A stretch of 64,000 nucleotides of DNA, from positions 177,258,001 to 177,322,000 of the forward strand of contig NC_042998.1 of NCBI RefSeq assembly GCF_006345805.1, written 5' to 3'. A program made the translations under genes and the position numbers. Below are positions 50,653 through 63,240 of this stretch, piece by piece; the stretch's first letter is position 1; each line of letters opens with the position of its first letter. The DNA is from Octopus sinensis. Taxonomy: Eukaryota. The notes under the pieces were generated by a model. That model was not told where the DNA came from. It searched no databases and saw only the letters and a list, made by a program, of their open reading frames with translations.

Positions 50653-51587
50653 GTATTTAGTTTTCGTTTCTATGTTCTGTATTGAACTATCGTCTTAGCC
50701 AATTTAAAATTTTATACAACTGAAAATGCAACTGTTAATATAATCACCGGAACTGCGGTGTTTCCATGAACAAGATAATTCTCAAATAGTTTCGATGAGT
50801 AGAACAGATGGATGACAGCACGTTAGCACTGCCGTGTATTTCGATAGTTTGCAACACTGAAATACTGATGAACCCTGGCAAGCTAACTATTCCTAGGTAC
50901 ATCAAATGAAGTCAATCCTTAAGGGTGTCTTTACTACTTTCATGGAAATATTCTGCATCGGATGACAGATTCATCGCTCTCCATAAATTAGACTAGAGTA
51001 ATTAATGTTTTCTCCCTTAATTATTCATTGCAGTAAAGATGCTGACAAAAGGAAATAAAAACAATTTTCACTCGGCGTTTCAACTTCCACTCGCAGATAA
51101 CACAGATAACATTATAGCAAAAAGTTAAATCTTGTGTTGAATCTAAGAATGATTTAGTCGCGTAACTAAATGATGCTTGTGTTATTACTACTGCTTGTAG
51201 TCCTTATTTTTATTTTTATTTTGACACAACGTGTTAATCTTACAGGCTGACAGGGAGCTCTATTCGATTGTTTTACTGCCTGCCAGAAATAACAACCAAA
51301 TATCAAATCACATTTTACTGTTATAGAAGCCATGTTTGTGCAGGATAATGTAGTTCTGAATATAACAGCTATCTTAAAAACAGAAAAGAAAAGAAAGCAG
51401 AATGATTGCGGCTCTAATACCATTGATTATAGATCTGTCTGATTGGGGTTGATCTGAGGCTAAACATCATCCACAGTATCATAATTAGCGAAAGAGTCTC
51501 TACGCAGTCGATCGATGTGCTAGAAATAAGTCAAATCCCACTCACTCCGTCTTACTAGAACAAACTGGATAATATAGTATTAGGTAT

Positions 51588-51899
51588 TTATTTATTTATT
51601 TATGCGCCCTTTTCAAGCCTAACCAGGCTCAGGGGCCCGGTTTCCCGGTTTCTGTGGCGTATGTGTTCCCCCCAGCTGGACGGAACGCCAGTCCATCGCA
51701 GAGTTACTCGAGAAACAGGAAGAAAGAGTGAGAGAAAGCTGGGGCGAAAGAGCACAACAGGGATCGCCACTACCGGAGCCTCATGGAGGTTTAGGTGTTT
51801 TCGCTCAATAAACACACACAACGCTCGGTCTGGGAATCGAAACCGCGATCCTCCGACTGCGAGTCCGCTGCCCTAACCACTGGGCCATTGCGCCTCCAC
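51588..51899 (-). mobile_element. Hybrid SINE: family C head + family D tail, with TSD
   Basis: 5' half matches 57982-58366, 3' half matches 53081-53332; TSD agtattaggtat at 51576-51587 and 51900-51911. Confidence 0.9.
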
Positions 51900-52039
51900 A
51901 GTATTAGGTATACTCTGTCTGAAACAAAACTGACAGGATGATCATGGCTACCATGCCTTTGATGATAGGACAACTGAAATAAGACGGTCCAATGGTAAAA
52001 CAACGTTTATTTATTTATCTATTTCTCTTTCATTAGTTT

Positions 52040-52072
<33 letters not shown>

Positions 52073-52258
52073 CTCTCTCTCCCTACCTCTCTTGTTCTTT
52101 ATCATGTACACACATCTGAAAGGGTAGCTAACTAGATGTATAAATAGATAAACAAGAAGATAAGCAGACAGGCAAACAATTAGACAGACCAAACAGACAG
52201 GTAAACAGGTAGAAACATTGACACCAAATAGAAAAAGATATATATATATATCACTTAC

Positions 52259-52396
52259 TTGTTGATGATTTCTTTGTATCATATGCTTCCTGATAATCTT
52301 GGCTTGGCTCGGCAGACTCCATTGGGACACCTTCAGCCTTCAAATGCAGACAAATGTCGAAAAATGAATTCTAGAACGCTAAATGACGTCATAAAT
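52259..52396 (-). CDS. Candidate first coding exon: 5'UTR part + ATG at 52322 (MESAEPSQDYQEAYDTKKSST), phase-1 exit
   Basis: Acceptor catacatttcag|, donor ACAA|gtaagt, in-frame stop upstream of ATG. Confidence 0.55.
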
Positions 52397-52680
52397 CTGA
52401 AATGTATGTTTTATTGTGACAAAGCGGGAGAAGGTTATCGAAGTTGGTCAATCTATTTATTACATTCGTCTGCACTGAGAATATTGGAAATACTGGCTAA
52501 ACCGTCTGACAGAAGCAATTTTTAGACCATCTGAATATCATCTTCTAACGGACCTCGGCTAACAGACTACATAGTATCCAATACAGAGGAGTATAATGCA
52601 GAGTTCCATGCAGCTGAAATCCAAGGGATCCGATCGATGAAATTATTTCGTAAGTATATAAACAATAAAAGGTCAAGGTT

Positions 52681-53024
52681 TATGAGAGGTAAATATATTT
52701 ATTTAACCACTTGAAATCCTTAGGATTACGGCCGTTTCTCAGCCTTCTTCATGCAATAATAATTTCATCTTTCTGTAAGTAATTATAATCTCAGTGTATT
52801 ATAAATTATGTTTACATGTGTGCATTAATATACATGTTACGCATTATACAATACAATTGCATATTCACTGTTAAGCTGTATTGTATAATGTGTAGCATCC
52901 ATTTTAATGCAGACAGGTTAACATAATTTTTTATTATTATTATTATTATTACATGAATAAGGCTGCGAAACGGCCGTAATCTTAAGGATATCCACTGGTT
53001 AAATAAACATATTCACCTCTCATA
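52681..53024. repeat. Nested long inverted repeat (83-bp outer arms, ~25-bp inner arms)
   Basis: 52681-52763 / 52942-53024 and 52834-52859 / 52875-52898. Confidence 0.88.
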
Positions 53025-53080
53025 CCTCCTGAGTTTTTATGGTTCATATATAGTATATGAGTATATAAATAATTTTTTTT

Positions 53081-53332
53081 AAATGCGACCTTTTTAAAGC
53101 CTAGCCAGGCTCATGGGCCCGGTTTCCCGGTTTCTATGGAGTTTGTGTTTCCCAGCTGGACTGGACGTCAGTCCATCGCAGCGTTACTCAATTTTGCCAG
53201 CTGAGTGGACTGGAGCAACGTGAAAAGAAGTGTTTTGCTCAAGAACACAACGCATCGCCCGGTCCAGGAATCGAAACCACAATCTTACGATCATGATGCT
53301 GACGCACTAACCACAAAGCGACGCGCCTCCAC
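53081..53332 (-). mobile_element. SINE family D, full length
   Basis: tRNA head, central gcgatggactg..ccgtccag block, tail ..gcctggctaggctttaaaaagg. Confidence 0.9.
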
Positions 53333-54537
53333 TATATGTGTATATACAGATATACATATGCACGCACGCGTGTGTGTATGTGTCTGTGAGTCACCTTGAT
53401 AGGATTGAAAGTCGGTGTATCCTCAACAAAGCAACACGCGACGCGAACTTCTGATTACCTTAAATCTTCATATTTAATCCAGGTGTATTGATATCATGGC
53501 TCCTTTTCAAAAACCTTGCTATTTAGTTGATTTAAACAGTATCAATAACACTGTCACTTCAAACCTACATCAGTACACAGATGCTTATCTCATATGTTCC
53601 TAGTTTGATCATCCGTCTCATAGTAACCGTTTGATCTTCCGTACCATATAAGCCCTATTTCCAATCCCACGCATACTGCTTTTATCATTTTTTTTCTAAT
53701 ATTTTTTCTGATATTTTTCTGGCATTTCACTTATGCTTTCCTTTGCTTTCTACTATTGTTTATACTTTTCATCTTTGTTCATATTTCTATATTAGGATAT
53801 TGCTTTATATTTTTTTCAGAAGTAATGTTTATCGCCACTTCAACATGGCTGTTCCGTACAAACTGACGTTACTATCATTTTAACCCTAGAAGGACACCTC
53901 CTCCAGCTGGTTACTCGATGCAATCTGCACCCGATATATAGTGTAAAGAGATAAAGGCAGTTTCTGTGCGTTCGTATTCATATACATAAGAGATGGTTAT
54001 GTTTGACCGTTATATCACTTTGAATCGCAGCAGGAAGAAAATACGTCTAATCACTTTGGTTTTGCCGTCCAAAAGCTATAGATTTAATTCTCCCACAATG
54101 CAACACCATGACGTGCGCCATCCAATGGCTAATGGATGAGACAACTGGCTTCGAGGGAGGTAACTGTCTACATATGCTTCTAATGATGGTCATGTCACGA
54201 GGCGAAAGCTGATTTTCCAAGATCTCTAACCACTTATATCAGATGTTTATTCACTAACCTAGGTTTCATTATTTCCACACTTTATAAATCATGTTGTTCT
54301 TGTTTCGCCCTCTTCTTCTTCGGTCGCGCTGCTTTCTTGGATTCCCATGACTCTCTATTGCCGTCCATTTCCATTATTATGAATTTGAATTGGGAGCTTG
54401 AGTCACAGTGACTTTTTCATTAGCCAATTACACAACCAGGGGTGCCACCCCTATACATATGATGCAGTTACTCTTTTGATAGAGTTTAGTGATCCTGACC
54501 ATTGATCTTCTTGGATCCCTCCGCTCAGCATCAATGT

Positions 54538-54911
54538 GGAAGCACTCCGTCGGTTCCGACGACGAGGGTTCCGGTTGATCCGAATCAACGGAACAGCCTG
54601 CTCGTGAAATTAACGTGTAAGTGGCTGAGCACTCCACAGACACGTGTACCCTTAACGTAATTCTCGGGGATATTCAGCGTGACACAGAGAGTGACAAGGC
54701 CGGCCCTTTGAAATACAGGTACAACAGAAACAGGAAGTAAGAGTGAGAGAAAGTTGTGGTGAAAGAGTACACCACCATCCCCTGCCGGAGCCTCGTGGAG
54801 CTTTAGGTGATTTCGGTCAATAAACACTCACAACGCCCGGTCTGAGAATCGAAACCGCGATCTTACGACCGCGAGTCCGCTGCCCTAACCACTGGGCCAT
54901 TGCGCCTCCAC
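54538..54911 (-). mobile_element. SINE family C, full length, with TSD
   Basis: TSD atcaatgt at 54530-54537 and 54912-54919. Confidence 0.92.
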
Positions 54912-55687
54912 ATCAATGTAAGAAGCACTGTTGGCTCAGTTGAGCTCAGTTGAGCTCTTCTGTTTCCTCTCCACAATCTGCTGTGCTGCAGTTCCATGAC
55001 TTTGCTGTATCCCTGGCAGGGTGGCTGAACGAGTGTAATACCTTGCCAATGGGCAATCCGTAACTCTACGCAGAGTACAGTCATCGCTCCGTCAGGTACT
55101 TTCGAAATACCCGCATACCCATTTTTCACCCTGCAATAGCCAAAACCTATCAGGTTTGTAACAAAAAGCATTCTACCAAAACACTATCCCTGGAACCTGG
55201 AGCTAGGCTCGGTTTGTTTTAACACATAAAGAGAATTTTTCACCGAGACAAAATCCCCCGTGTTAACGATAAACGTACACATTTTTATTTCATGCGCTTT
55301 TCTCCTGAGGTAGCATGTGCTTTGAGAAAGACCTGTTACTTATTTCTAGCAAATCGAAGGACCACGTAAAAGTCGAACATTGGCTTATGACTACATTCAG
55401 TAGGAACTTAAGAAAGCTAACCGAATGAATATTTAATAATCCATTCCATACACGATGACGTAACCTTTTAGCATTTAATACCGTCGCGCGGTGGTTACTT
55501 GTTGGTGTTTATTGTATTGTTGAAGACCACTGTCACGTGATCTGGCTGGCTGTGTGCATAATAAAGGAAGAAAACTCATGAACTTTTAAACATTTAAAAT
55601 ATTTATTTTGGACATGATTTACTGTGTTGGTCCCTTAGAAAAGAATGATGCAGAGGATCTCTTCAGTTTCGATTACAGACTTTTATA

Positions 55688-55738
<51 letters not shown>

Positions 55739-55739
55739 G

Positions 55740-55930
55740 TTATTATTAACTAAACAGCTTGAAACTTCGTATTCTCGTGTAATTTCTCACGCTGAACACG
55801 GTTTACTTTCAGCATTTTTGACAAAATTTTGTATTTTAGAAGATATTTCGTGTTAAAATTGTCGTATTTGGGTAATTTTAACCAATCAGCGACGTGTATT
55901 CAGCTGAAGAAAGTTACTGTTGTTTGGGTC
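55740..55930. mobile_element. Diverged internal fragment related to the 31073-31495 MITE
   Basis: Shared ttttaaccaatca.cgacgt.tatt and taaaca..tt.aaac.tcgtat motifs. Confidence 0.45.
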
Positions 55931-56277
55931 ATCTCTGCTTAATGTCACCACTCTGTCTATTTTATCTTTGATTACTGCCTGTGTTGCATATTACACGCTT
56001 TGCTTTTTGTTTTTTGTATTTTGTTGTTGTTTTTTTGTTTGTTTGTTTTTTGTTTATTTGTTTGTTTTTTTTGCAAGGAAGTGTTTTCCTACAAAATGAA
56101 ACAACCAAAGAACTAAAGTAAAATAGCACAACCACCAAATATTTTAATTACATTCCTAACTGATCGAGAAGCCAAAAAAAAGAAACAAACAAAGCGTTAC
56201 ATACGCGCGCGCACACACACACACAAACACACACAAACACAAACACACGCACACAGGCTCATGCAGACAGAGACACG

Positions 56278-56595
56278 CACACACACAAACATACACACAC
56301 ACGTAAACATATACACGCATACATAGACATATATGCATACACATACCCCCACACACACACAAACATACACACACACGTAAAATATACACGCATACATAGA
56401 CATATATGCATACACATACCCCCACACACACACACAAACATACACACACACGTAAACATATACACGCATACATAGACATATATGCATACACATACCCCCA
56501 CACACACACAAACATACACACACACGTAAACATATACACGCATACATAGACATATATGCATACACATACCCCCACACACACACACACAAACATAC
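56278..56595. repeat. ~74-bp minisatellite, ~4.3 copies, built from CA/TA dinucleotides
   Basis: cgtaaa anchor at 56303, 56377, 56452, 56526. Confidence 0.92.
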
Positions 56596-57981
56596 AAATT
56601 TATATTTGCTTAAAATGAGTATGCAAATTCTTGATCTATTTAAATACTGCAATATTTGTGTTTATTGATTTTTCAATGTGACAGCGAAATGTTTTAGTTT
56701 TATTAACACTAAGTACTTATCAGAGTACTTTTAGTAAGCTCCCTGATATCTGACTAAATTAATAGTACATCATCAGCTCGGTTAAATTCGCTGGTTACAA
56801 TCTAACAAATATGTTATACGAAAGGTTTCATTAACTTAATCAAATCGGACAGTTTACCATATCTTACAAATTCACAGTTTTCAATATCTGACAACTTTAA
56901 TTAATGTTCCTAACATAATGATTAAATTTGCAAAATAACGAAGCAATTTTCAAAATGTGACGTGACGAAACGTAAAATTATATCACGGTAAATTGAAATG
57001 TTCTATTATCAAATTCTGAGATAATTTTATACTGTCCAGGTTTGACATGATCGCTGCAGTCATCTGTATATGTGTTCGTGTCCGTTATATGAAAGCCGGA
57101 AGTTCTCTGTTGACAACGTTGTACTTTAACAACTATTTTTATCTGTCGTCCGTTTTAACATCACCATTTGGCTCTTAGACGCATTTATCGGAGTCTAATC
57201 TCGAGCCGAATCGCTGGTTTGTGAATAACTTCTTTCCACCACTCACTGAGGCCCTGAAACAAGTTATGGTAACTGCTCATTCTACTAATGGCGGACCATT
57301 ATAAAAATTTATTTTATCCACCCCTAGAAGGATATACCGAAATTTGAGACCAATATTATATGTTTTCTACGCTGTTAAACTTTCGTTGGTAAGATGGAAA
57401 ATATTGATGTCTTTATGACTGGAAGTTTAATCGAAATAGTGATGGTTTAGTCAATGAAGAAGAATAAAAAAATAACCTGTGTCGCAAACTCAGGGCCAGC
57501 TTAAGGCCGATGAGATCGAGGACACCACTGAACGAATACACTCCAACTTTCCTCGATCACAGACATGATGTCTCCTCGTTCTGCCTCATCTGACTTTTCT
57601 GCTTCTCCAACGATGGTTTCTGATCATCAGATTTGACTGGTCTTGAGCTACTTCCACTCAATCCCACTCAAATCCTTCGTTTTTTACCCCACCCCCATTC
57701 GTCACATGTAGTGTGTCTTCCCTCGAAGCCTCGCCCCCGCTAATTTCAATCCTTGTTTCCCAGAATTCCTCATTCTGGAATTCCTTTCCTGTTAATGTTT
57801 GCTCTGCAGTCATTAATTTCAAGTTATTCAAGAACAACAATTGCATCGTCCTCGAAGGATTTTCAAAGGCCTTGGGTATGGCCTCGATTTCCAAAATAAA
57901 CGATTGACAATGAAACGTACGAAATGTTTATTCAGGTGATACATTTAAAAAACATACATTCACCGAATCAAATATGTTCAT

Positions 57982-58366
57982 GATGGAAGCACTCCGTCGG
58001 TTACGACGACGAGGGTTCCGGTTGATCCGAATCAACGGAACAGCCTGCTCGTGAAATTAACGTGTGTGGCTGAGCACTCCACAGACACGTGCACCCTTAA
58101 CGTAGTTCTTGGGGATATTCAGCGTGACACAGAGAGTGACAAGGCCGGCCCCTTGAAATACAGGTACAACAGAAACAGGAAGTAAGAGTGAGAGAAAGTT
58201 GTGGTGAAAGAGTACAGCAGGGATCACCACCATCCCCTGCCGGAGCCTCGTGGAGCTTTAGGTGTTTTCGCTCAATAAACACTCAAAACGCCCGGTCTGG
58301 GAATCGAAACCGCAATCCTATGACCGCGAGTCCGCTGCCCTAACCACTGGGCCATTGCGCCTCCAC
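57982..58366 (-). mobile_element. SINE family C, full length, with TSD
   Basis: TSD aaatatgttcat at 57970-57981 and 58367-58378. Confidence 0.93.
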
Positions 58367-58834
58367 AAATATGTTCATATAGTATTTATGAATAAGTTTT
58401 TCATGGCTTTATTAGTGACTTGACCTTAGCTAATAGCACTCCATCGATGAACTCATACTAGTAACACAGTTCAGTTCTAAATTGAAACTCAAATATGTAC
58501 TTCGTGGTTTGTTTTACTGTCTTTTATCGACATGTACGTCAATCTGAACGAAAAATATTTTCGAATATTTACAACTATTTTCATTTAAACGATCATAATA
58601 AATATGACTCAAAGTTATAAATTTTTAAGTAATAAAAAGAAGAAAAATACAAATGACTGAATGCTGTAATCAATTTTTACTCATACTCGCTGGAAGATCC
58701 TTCTTGTAGTCGACTTTCTACATCGGAGCAGCCTAACCTGGATGGAAGACTTGATGTAACTTTGGGTAATTTTGGAAGCATACTTTTGTCACAATAATTA
58801 TTATCATACAATAATTATAATTTAATCCAAATCC

Positions 58835-59020
58835 GTGAGCTGACAGAATCGTTAGCACGCTGGGCAAAATACTTCCGTCCGTCTTTTCGTTCTGAACTCA
58901 AATTCCGCCGAGGCCAGCTTAGGCTATTGTGGTCGACAGAATATGTATCAGTTGAGCACCGGTGTCAATGTAATCGACGTAGCGACTCCCTTGAAATACC
59001 TGGCTTTGTGCCAAAATTTG
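58835..59020 (+). mobile_element. SINE family A, diverged
   Basis: Degenerate head/core, tail type 2. Confidence 0.7.
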
Positions 59021-59102
59021 AAATCAGTAATTATGATAAACTCTGTCTCTCTGTCTCTCTTTTCGTCCCTTTCTTCTCGTCTTCCCTTCACACGCACGCA
59101 CG

Positions 59103-59193
<91 letters not shown>

Positions 59194-60347
59194 TCGTCGA
59201 CATACTAGCACACGGGAGTAAAAGCATCCCAGAGGTGAAAATTACATAATTTGAATAACAATATATTTATTTCTTAGAAAGACACCAGCTCACAAGTTTT
59301 GAGAGAGAAGTATCGTTCTTCATTTATCGATCATGGATGGGTTGGAAGCAGTGTGTACCCCGACGGATCTTGAACACAAAACCACTGGACTTGCGTATTT
59401 GAATTTCTGTCACGCTCTCACCCAATACAATAAGTAGGTGGTTCGTAGACCTGTTGGAAATAACAATCAACGCCTTGAAACTAACCTTAAAAAGAAAGGA
59501 CACATTAGAAAATATAGTCTTAGTTACATATATTTTTAAAAAAACAGGATGGTCGTGGGTGGAATTTTATCATAGTTCTGCTCGAGTCTGACTGTCCTAA
59601 GAAAAACAGTATAATTACGCCTTCCCCGCCCCGTGTCCTTCTCTCTCCCTCCTCTCTTTTTCTCCTTCTCTACTCGCCCTCCTTGAACACACACGTGCAC
59701 ACATACACACACAGGCATACACACACACACACATACAAGCATACACACACACGCTCATACATACACATAATATCATACGGTTTCCCGTGTGATATTTGTT
59801 CACAGACAGCTTTATGTTCTCTTTATATCTACCTTTTATTTTTCATTAATATTTTATAACTCTCAGTCACATATATTTAATGACCGTTAAATTAAAATTA
59901 AAAAAATCACCATCAAACTTCAATAATATAACACCACTTCCTAGACACTTGTATTAAATACCGCTAAACAGCAATAAAACAATTTCAAGACAAGTAGAAT
60001 ATAGCTTCATTAGCCATTTGTGATGTTCTATAATTCTTTTACTGGTTTTAAGTATTTCCCTTCCACCATAAAGGGGCACCACCTCCACCTAATGGTGTTC
60101 AGTTGATCATATCGATCTCAATACTTATTTAAGTATTATACTTATTTCATCAATTAATTTTTATTGAACATCTAGATTCACTTTTGACGTAAAGGAATGC
60201 ATTTCGACTCACCGTTTGGCCATTCCACCTCGGTCTACACCAGAGGTAGGGAAACTTTTCAGTGTGGCAGACAAACATTTACAATGAAAAAAGGTTCGCG
60301 GGCGGATCACAAGTTCTAACTCTTATATCTGTGTAGATCTTGTATAT

Positions 60348-60734
60348 TCTTCTTCTTAATCCTTTTTGCCCCTTGTGGAGCATAGGGACTCAACAGTTGT
60401 TTTCCACTTTTTGCGGTCATTGGCGTGTTTCTTGGCTGCTTCCCATGTCAGGCCGGTGGTCCTGAGCTCGTCCAAAATGCTCCACTTCCATGTCTGCTTC
60501 GGGCGTCCTCTCTTCCTTTTCCCCTGTGGGTTCCAGTCAAGTGCTTGTCGTGTCACATTTGAGGGTTCTTTCCGCAGTGCGTTTGATCCATCTCCATTTC
60601 CTTCGTCTAATCTGAACATGTATGGGCTTCTGGTTGGCCCTTTCCCACAGGTCGGTGTTTGGCACTCTGTCAAACCACTTCAGGTGGGGGATCTGCTGGA
60701 GACATTTGTTGATGAAGGTCTGGATCTTCTCGTA
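60348..60734 (-). mobile_element. RTE LINE 3' segment (sense), to stop and (GAA)n tail
   Basis: EKIQTFINKCLQQI..W..RVPNTDLWERANQKPI..IRRRKWRWI..LRKEPSNVTRQALDWNPQGKRKRGRPKQTW. Confidence 0.92.
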
Positions 60735-61270
60735 GTTGCTGGGAGATTGTCGGAGGAATTCAGGGTCAGCACAGGAGTCAGACAGGGATGTTTGTTATCA
60801 CCGCTCCTGTTCCTCGTCGTGCTGGACTGGGTCACCAGGGCGGCCTATGATACATCTGAGAAAGGTATTCAGTGGACACTGATGAAGAAGGTGGAGGACT
60901 TGAGCTACGCGGATGATCTCGCGCTACTGTCACATCGCCTGCAAGACATGCAAGATAAGGTAGACCACCTGACAGAAACTTCACGGCAAATGGGCTTGAG
61001 GGTCAGCCGGGGAAAAGACAAAAGTGCTGCGTACCAACAACAAGCAGGAAGAGCCAATCACAATTGAGGGGGCACCTGTGGAGGACGTTAGTGAGTTTAT
61101 CTGTCTTGGTAGCAAGATCAGCAAATCAGGTGGATCAGACGAGGACATCACGGCAAGAAGCAAGGAGGCTTGACAAGCCTTCGCTATTCTTCGGCCGGTA
61201 TGGAAGTCAACTGCCATCTCAACTCGAACTAAACTCCGCTTATTTAGTTCAAACGTAAAATCTGTGCTTT
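60735..61270 (+). mobile_element. RTE LINE reverse-transcriptase segment, inverted relative to the 3' segment
   Basis: STGVRQGCLLSPLLF..YADDLALL..KTKVL..EFICLGS..FSSNVKSVLL; one frameshift and one stop. Confidence 0.92.
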
Positions 61271-61777
61271 TAGACTTGTATATGTCTATGTATAATTCGA
61301 TATACATTAATAAAGATAATTTTAACATTAAATTAACGCGTAACAGCTTCGTTAACGCCGCCACTGAATTTAGGACATATATATTACTTATGAGGTTTCT
61401 ATACTTTTCAACTAGAGTGTAGTTGGGTCTCAATATGTTTTATAGTGAAAGCAAAATTTCCATTCAAATGGCAATTACCGGACGATTTTCTGTTCCAGTC
61501 TAACCGTTTTGAGTCGTAGTGGAAACGCGACCTATGTCGCAAATAAACACACGAATAGTGAATAAATTTTATAATTGAAAAATAACTGTTTTGTACACAC
61601 GAGTATAACAGCCTGTGGGCGAAATAAAATAGGCTCGCGAGCGCAATTGCGCCCGCGGGTAAGGGATTCCCCACCCTTGGTCTACACAGACACACAAACA
61701 CGAGCGCGCATACATACATTCATGCGTACATGTATGTGTGTGCGTGCGTGTGTGTGTATGTGTGTGTGTGTGCGTGT

Positions 61778-61975
61778 CATCATCATTATCATCATCATCA
61801 TTTAGTGCCCGTTCTACACACTAGCATGGGTTAGACGGTTTGACTGGGACGGGTAAGCCGGAGAGTTGTACCAGTTTCCAGTCTGTCTTGGCTTGGTTTC
61901 TATGGCCGGATGCCCTTCCTAACGCCAACCACTCCAAGACTGCAGTGAGTGCCTTTTACTGGTCACGACTACGAT
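61778..61975 (-). mobile_element. 3' part of another SINE (ggttggcgttaggaagggcatccggcc block, Meta-domain-like), (TGA)n tail
   Basis: Motif on minus strand; domain name is from memory and unverified. Confidence 0.6.
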
Positions 61976-62055
61976 TTCGCTTGGCTTGTCATCGCCTCCA
62001 TGAGACTCAATATCCGATGGTCACATCTCCATACCAGCTCAATCTTCTCTCTTGC

Positions 62056-62096
<41 letters not shown>

Positions 62097-62532
62097 GATC
62101 AGAGAATATGTTAACTTCGTGATGGAATTATTGCATCCCAGGAAATACTGGTTCAATACCTAGTATTTTGGAGGAATGAAATTCCCTTAAAACGATAGGT
62201 ATATATAAAGCATATAGTTTATATCTATTTAAAAGAAGAAAGGAAAATGAAGATAAGGAAGTTAATAACTGTTTATTGTTATTAATAAATTGGACATCTT
62301 CGCTTCTTACAGCTGTTTCAATTAATACTCAATGATTTAATAAAAAATTTGTACATTAAATTTACACTTATGTGACATGAGTATAATTTCATCAGAGGAA
62401 AAGAGATGTACCTTTCGATGTTATATGTGGGCATATCAATTCGTTTCGGCAGACTGAAACATATATATATATGATTGATTGATTGATTTTAGTTTCAGCT
62501 CATGAGCTGTGGCCATGCTGGGGCACCGCCAT

Positions 62533-62615
<83 letters not shown>

Positions 62616-62616
<1 letters not shown>

Positions 62617-62985
62617 CATGGTTGTGTGATAAGTAGTTTGCTTACCAAGCACATGCTTCCGAGTTCAGTCCCACCGCGTAGCATCTTGAGTAAATGTCTT
62701 CTACTATAACTTCGAGCCGACCAAAGCATTGTGAGTGGATTTGGTAGACGGAAACTGAAAGAAGTCCATCGTATGTGTGTGTGTGTGCGCGCGCGCGTGT
62801 GTTTGCCCACCTTCATCGCTTGACGACCGATGTTGGTGTGTTTAAGTTCATGTAATCTAGAGGTTCGACTAAAGTGACCGATAGAATAAGTACGAGGCTT
62901 ACAAAGAATAAGTACTGGGATCGATTGGTTCGATTAAAGGCGGTACTCCAGCATGGCCGCAGTCAAATGACTGAAACAAATTAAA
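62616..62985 (+). mobile_element. SINE family B, diverged full length
   Basis: Head to ..ggccgcagtcaaatgactgaaac tail. Confidence 0.88.
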
Positions 62986-63004
62986 ATATATATATATACG
63001 TACA

Positions 63005-63060
<56 letters not shown>

Positions 63061-63240
63061 CGGAAAGTTTACGAAAAAATCAAAAGACGAAGACAGGTGG
63101 TGTACAAAACAAACAGATGTATTAGTATAGCGCTCAGGAATAGAAAAAGTCTTTTACGTTTCGAGCCTACGCTCTTCTACAGAAAGGTACCCAGAAAAAA
63201 CAAGGAGAGAAAAAAATGTGTGTAGTGGCTAACGATCTAT
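63061..63240 (-). mobile_element. Repeat family H2, copy 4
   Basis: Homologous to 4753-4956; (TA)n on both sides. Confidence 0.78.

Larger units (their letters stand above)
60241..61679. mobile_element. hAT (Charlie/Buster-like) MITE interrupted by an RTE
   Basis: TIRs CAGAGGTAGGGAAAC / CAAGGGTGGGGAATC; 8-bp TSD gtctacac at 60233-60240 and 61680-61687. Confidence 0.85.

Noticed and set aside
52951-52982. Hammerhead-like atgaa(g)aaggctgcGAAACGGCCGTA in the fold-back arms
   Set aside because: Palindromic stem III-like part is present, but stems I and II and the core do not form convincingly.
54428-55171. Coding-like frame interrupted by SINE C
   Set aside because: Two in-frame stops after removing the SINE and no family motif; cannot be supported.
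57658-57894. 78-aa protein-like ORF (MEIEAIPKAFENP..)
   Set aside because: No splice acceptor, TTG start only, stops in all continuing frames, no recognisable motif.
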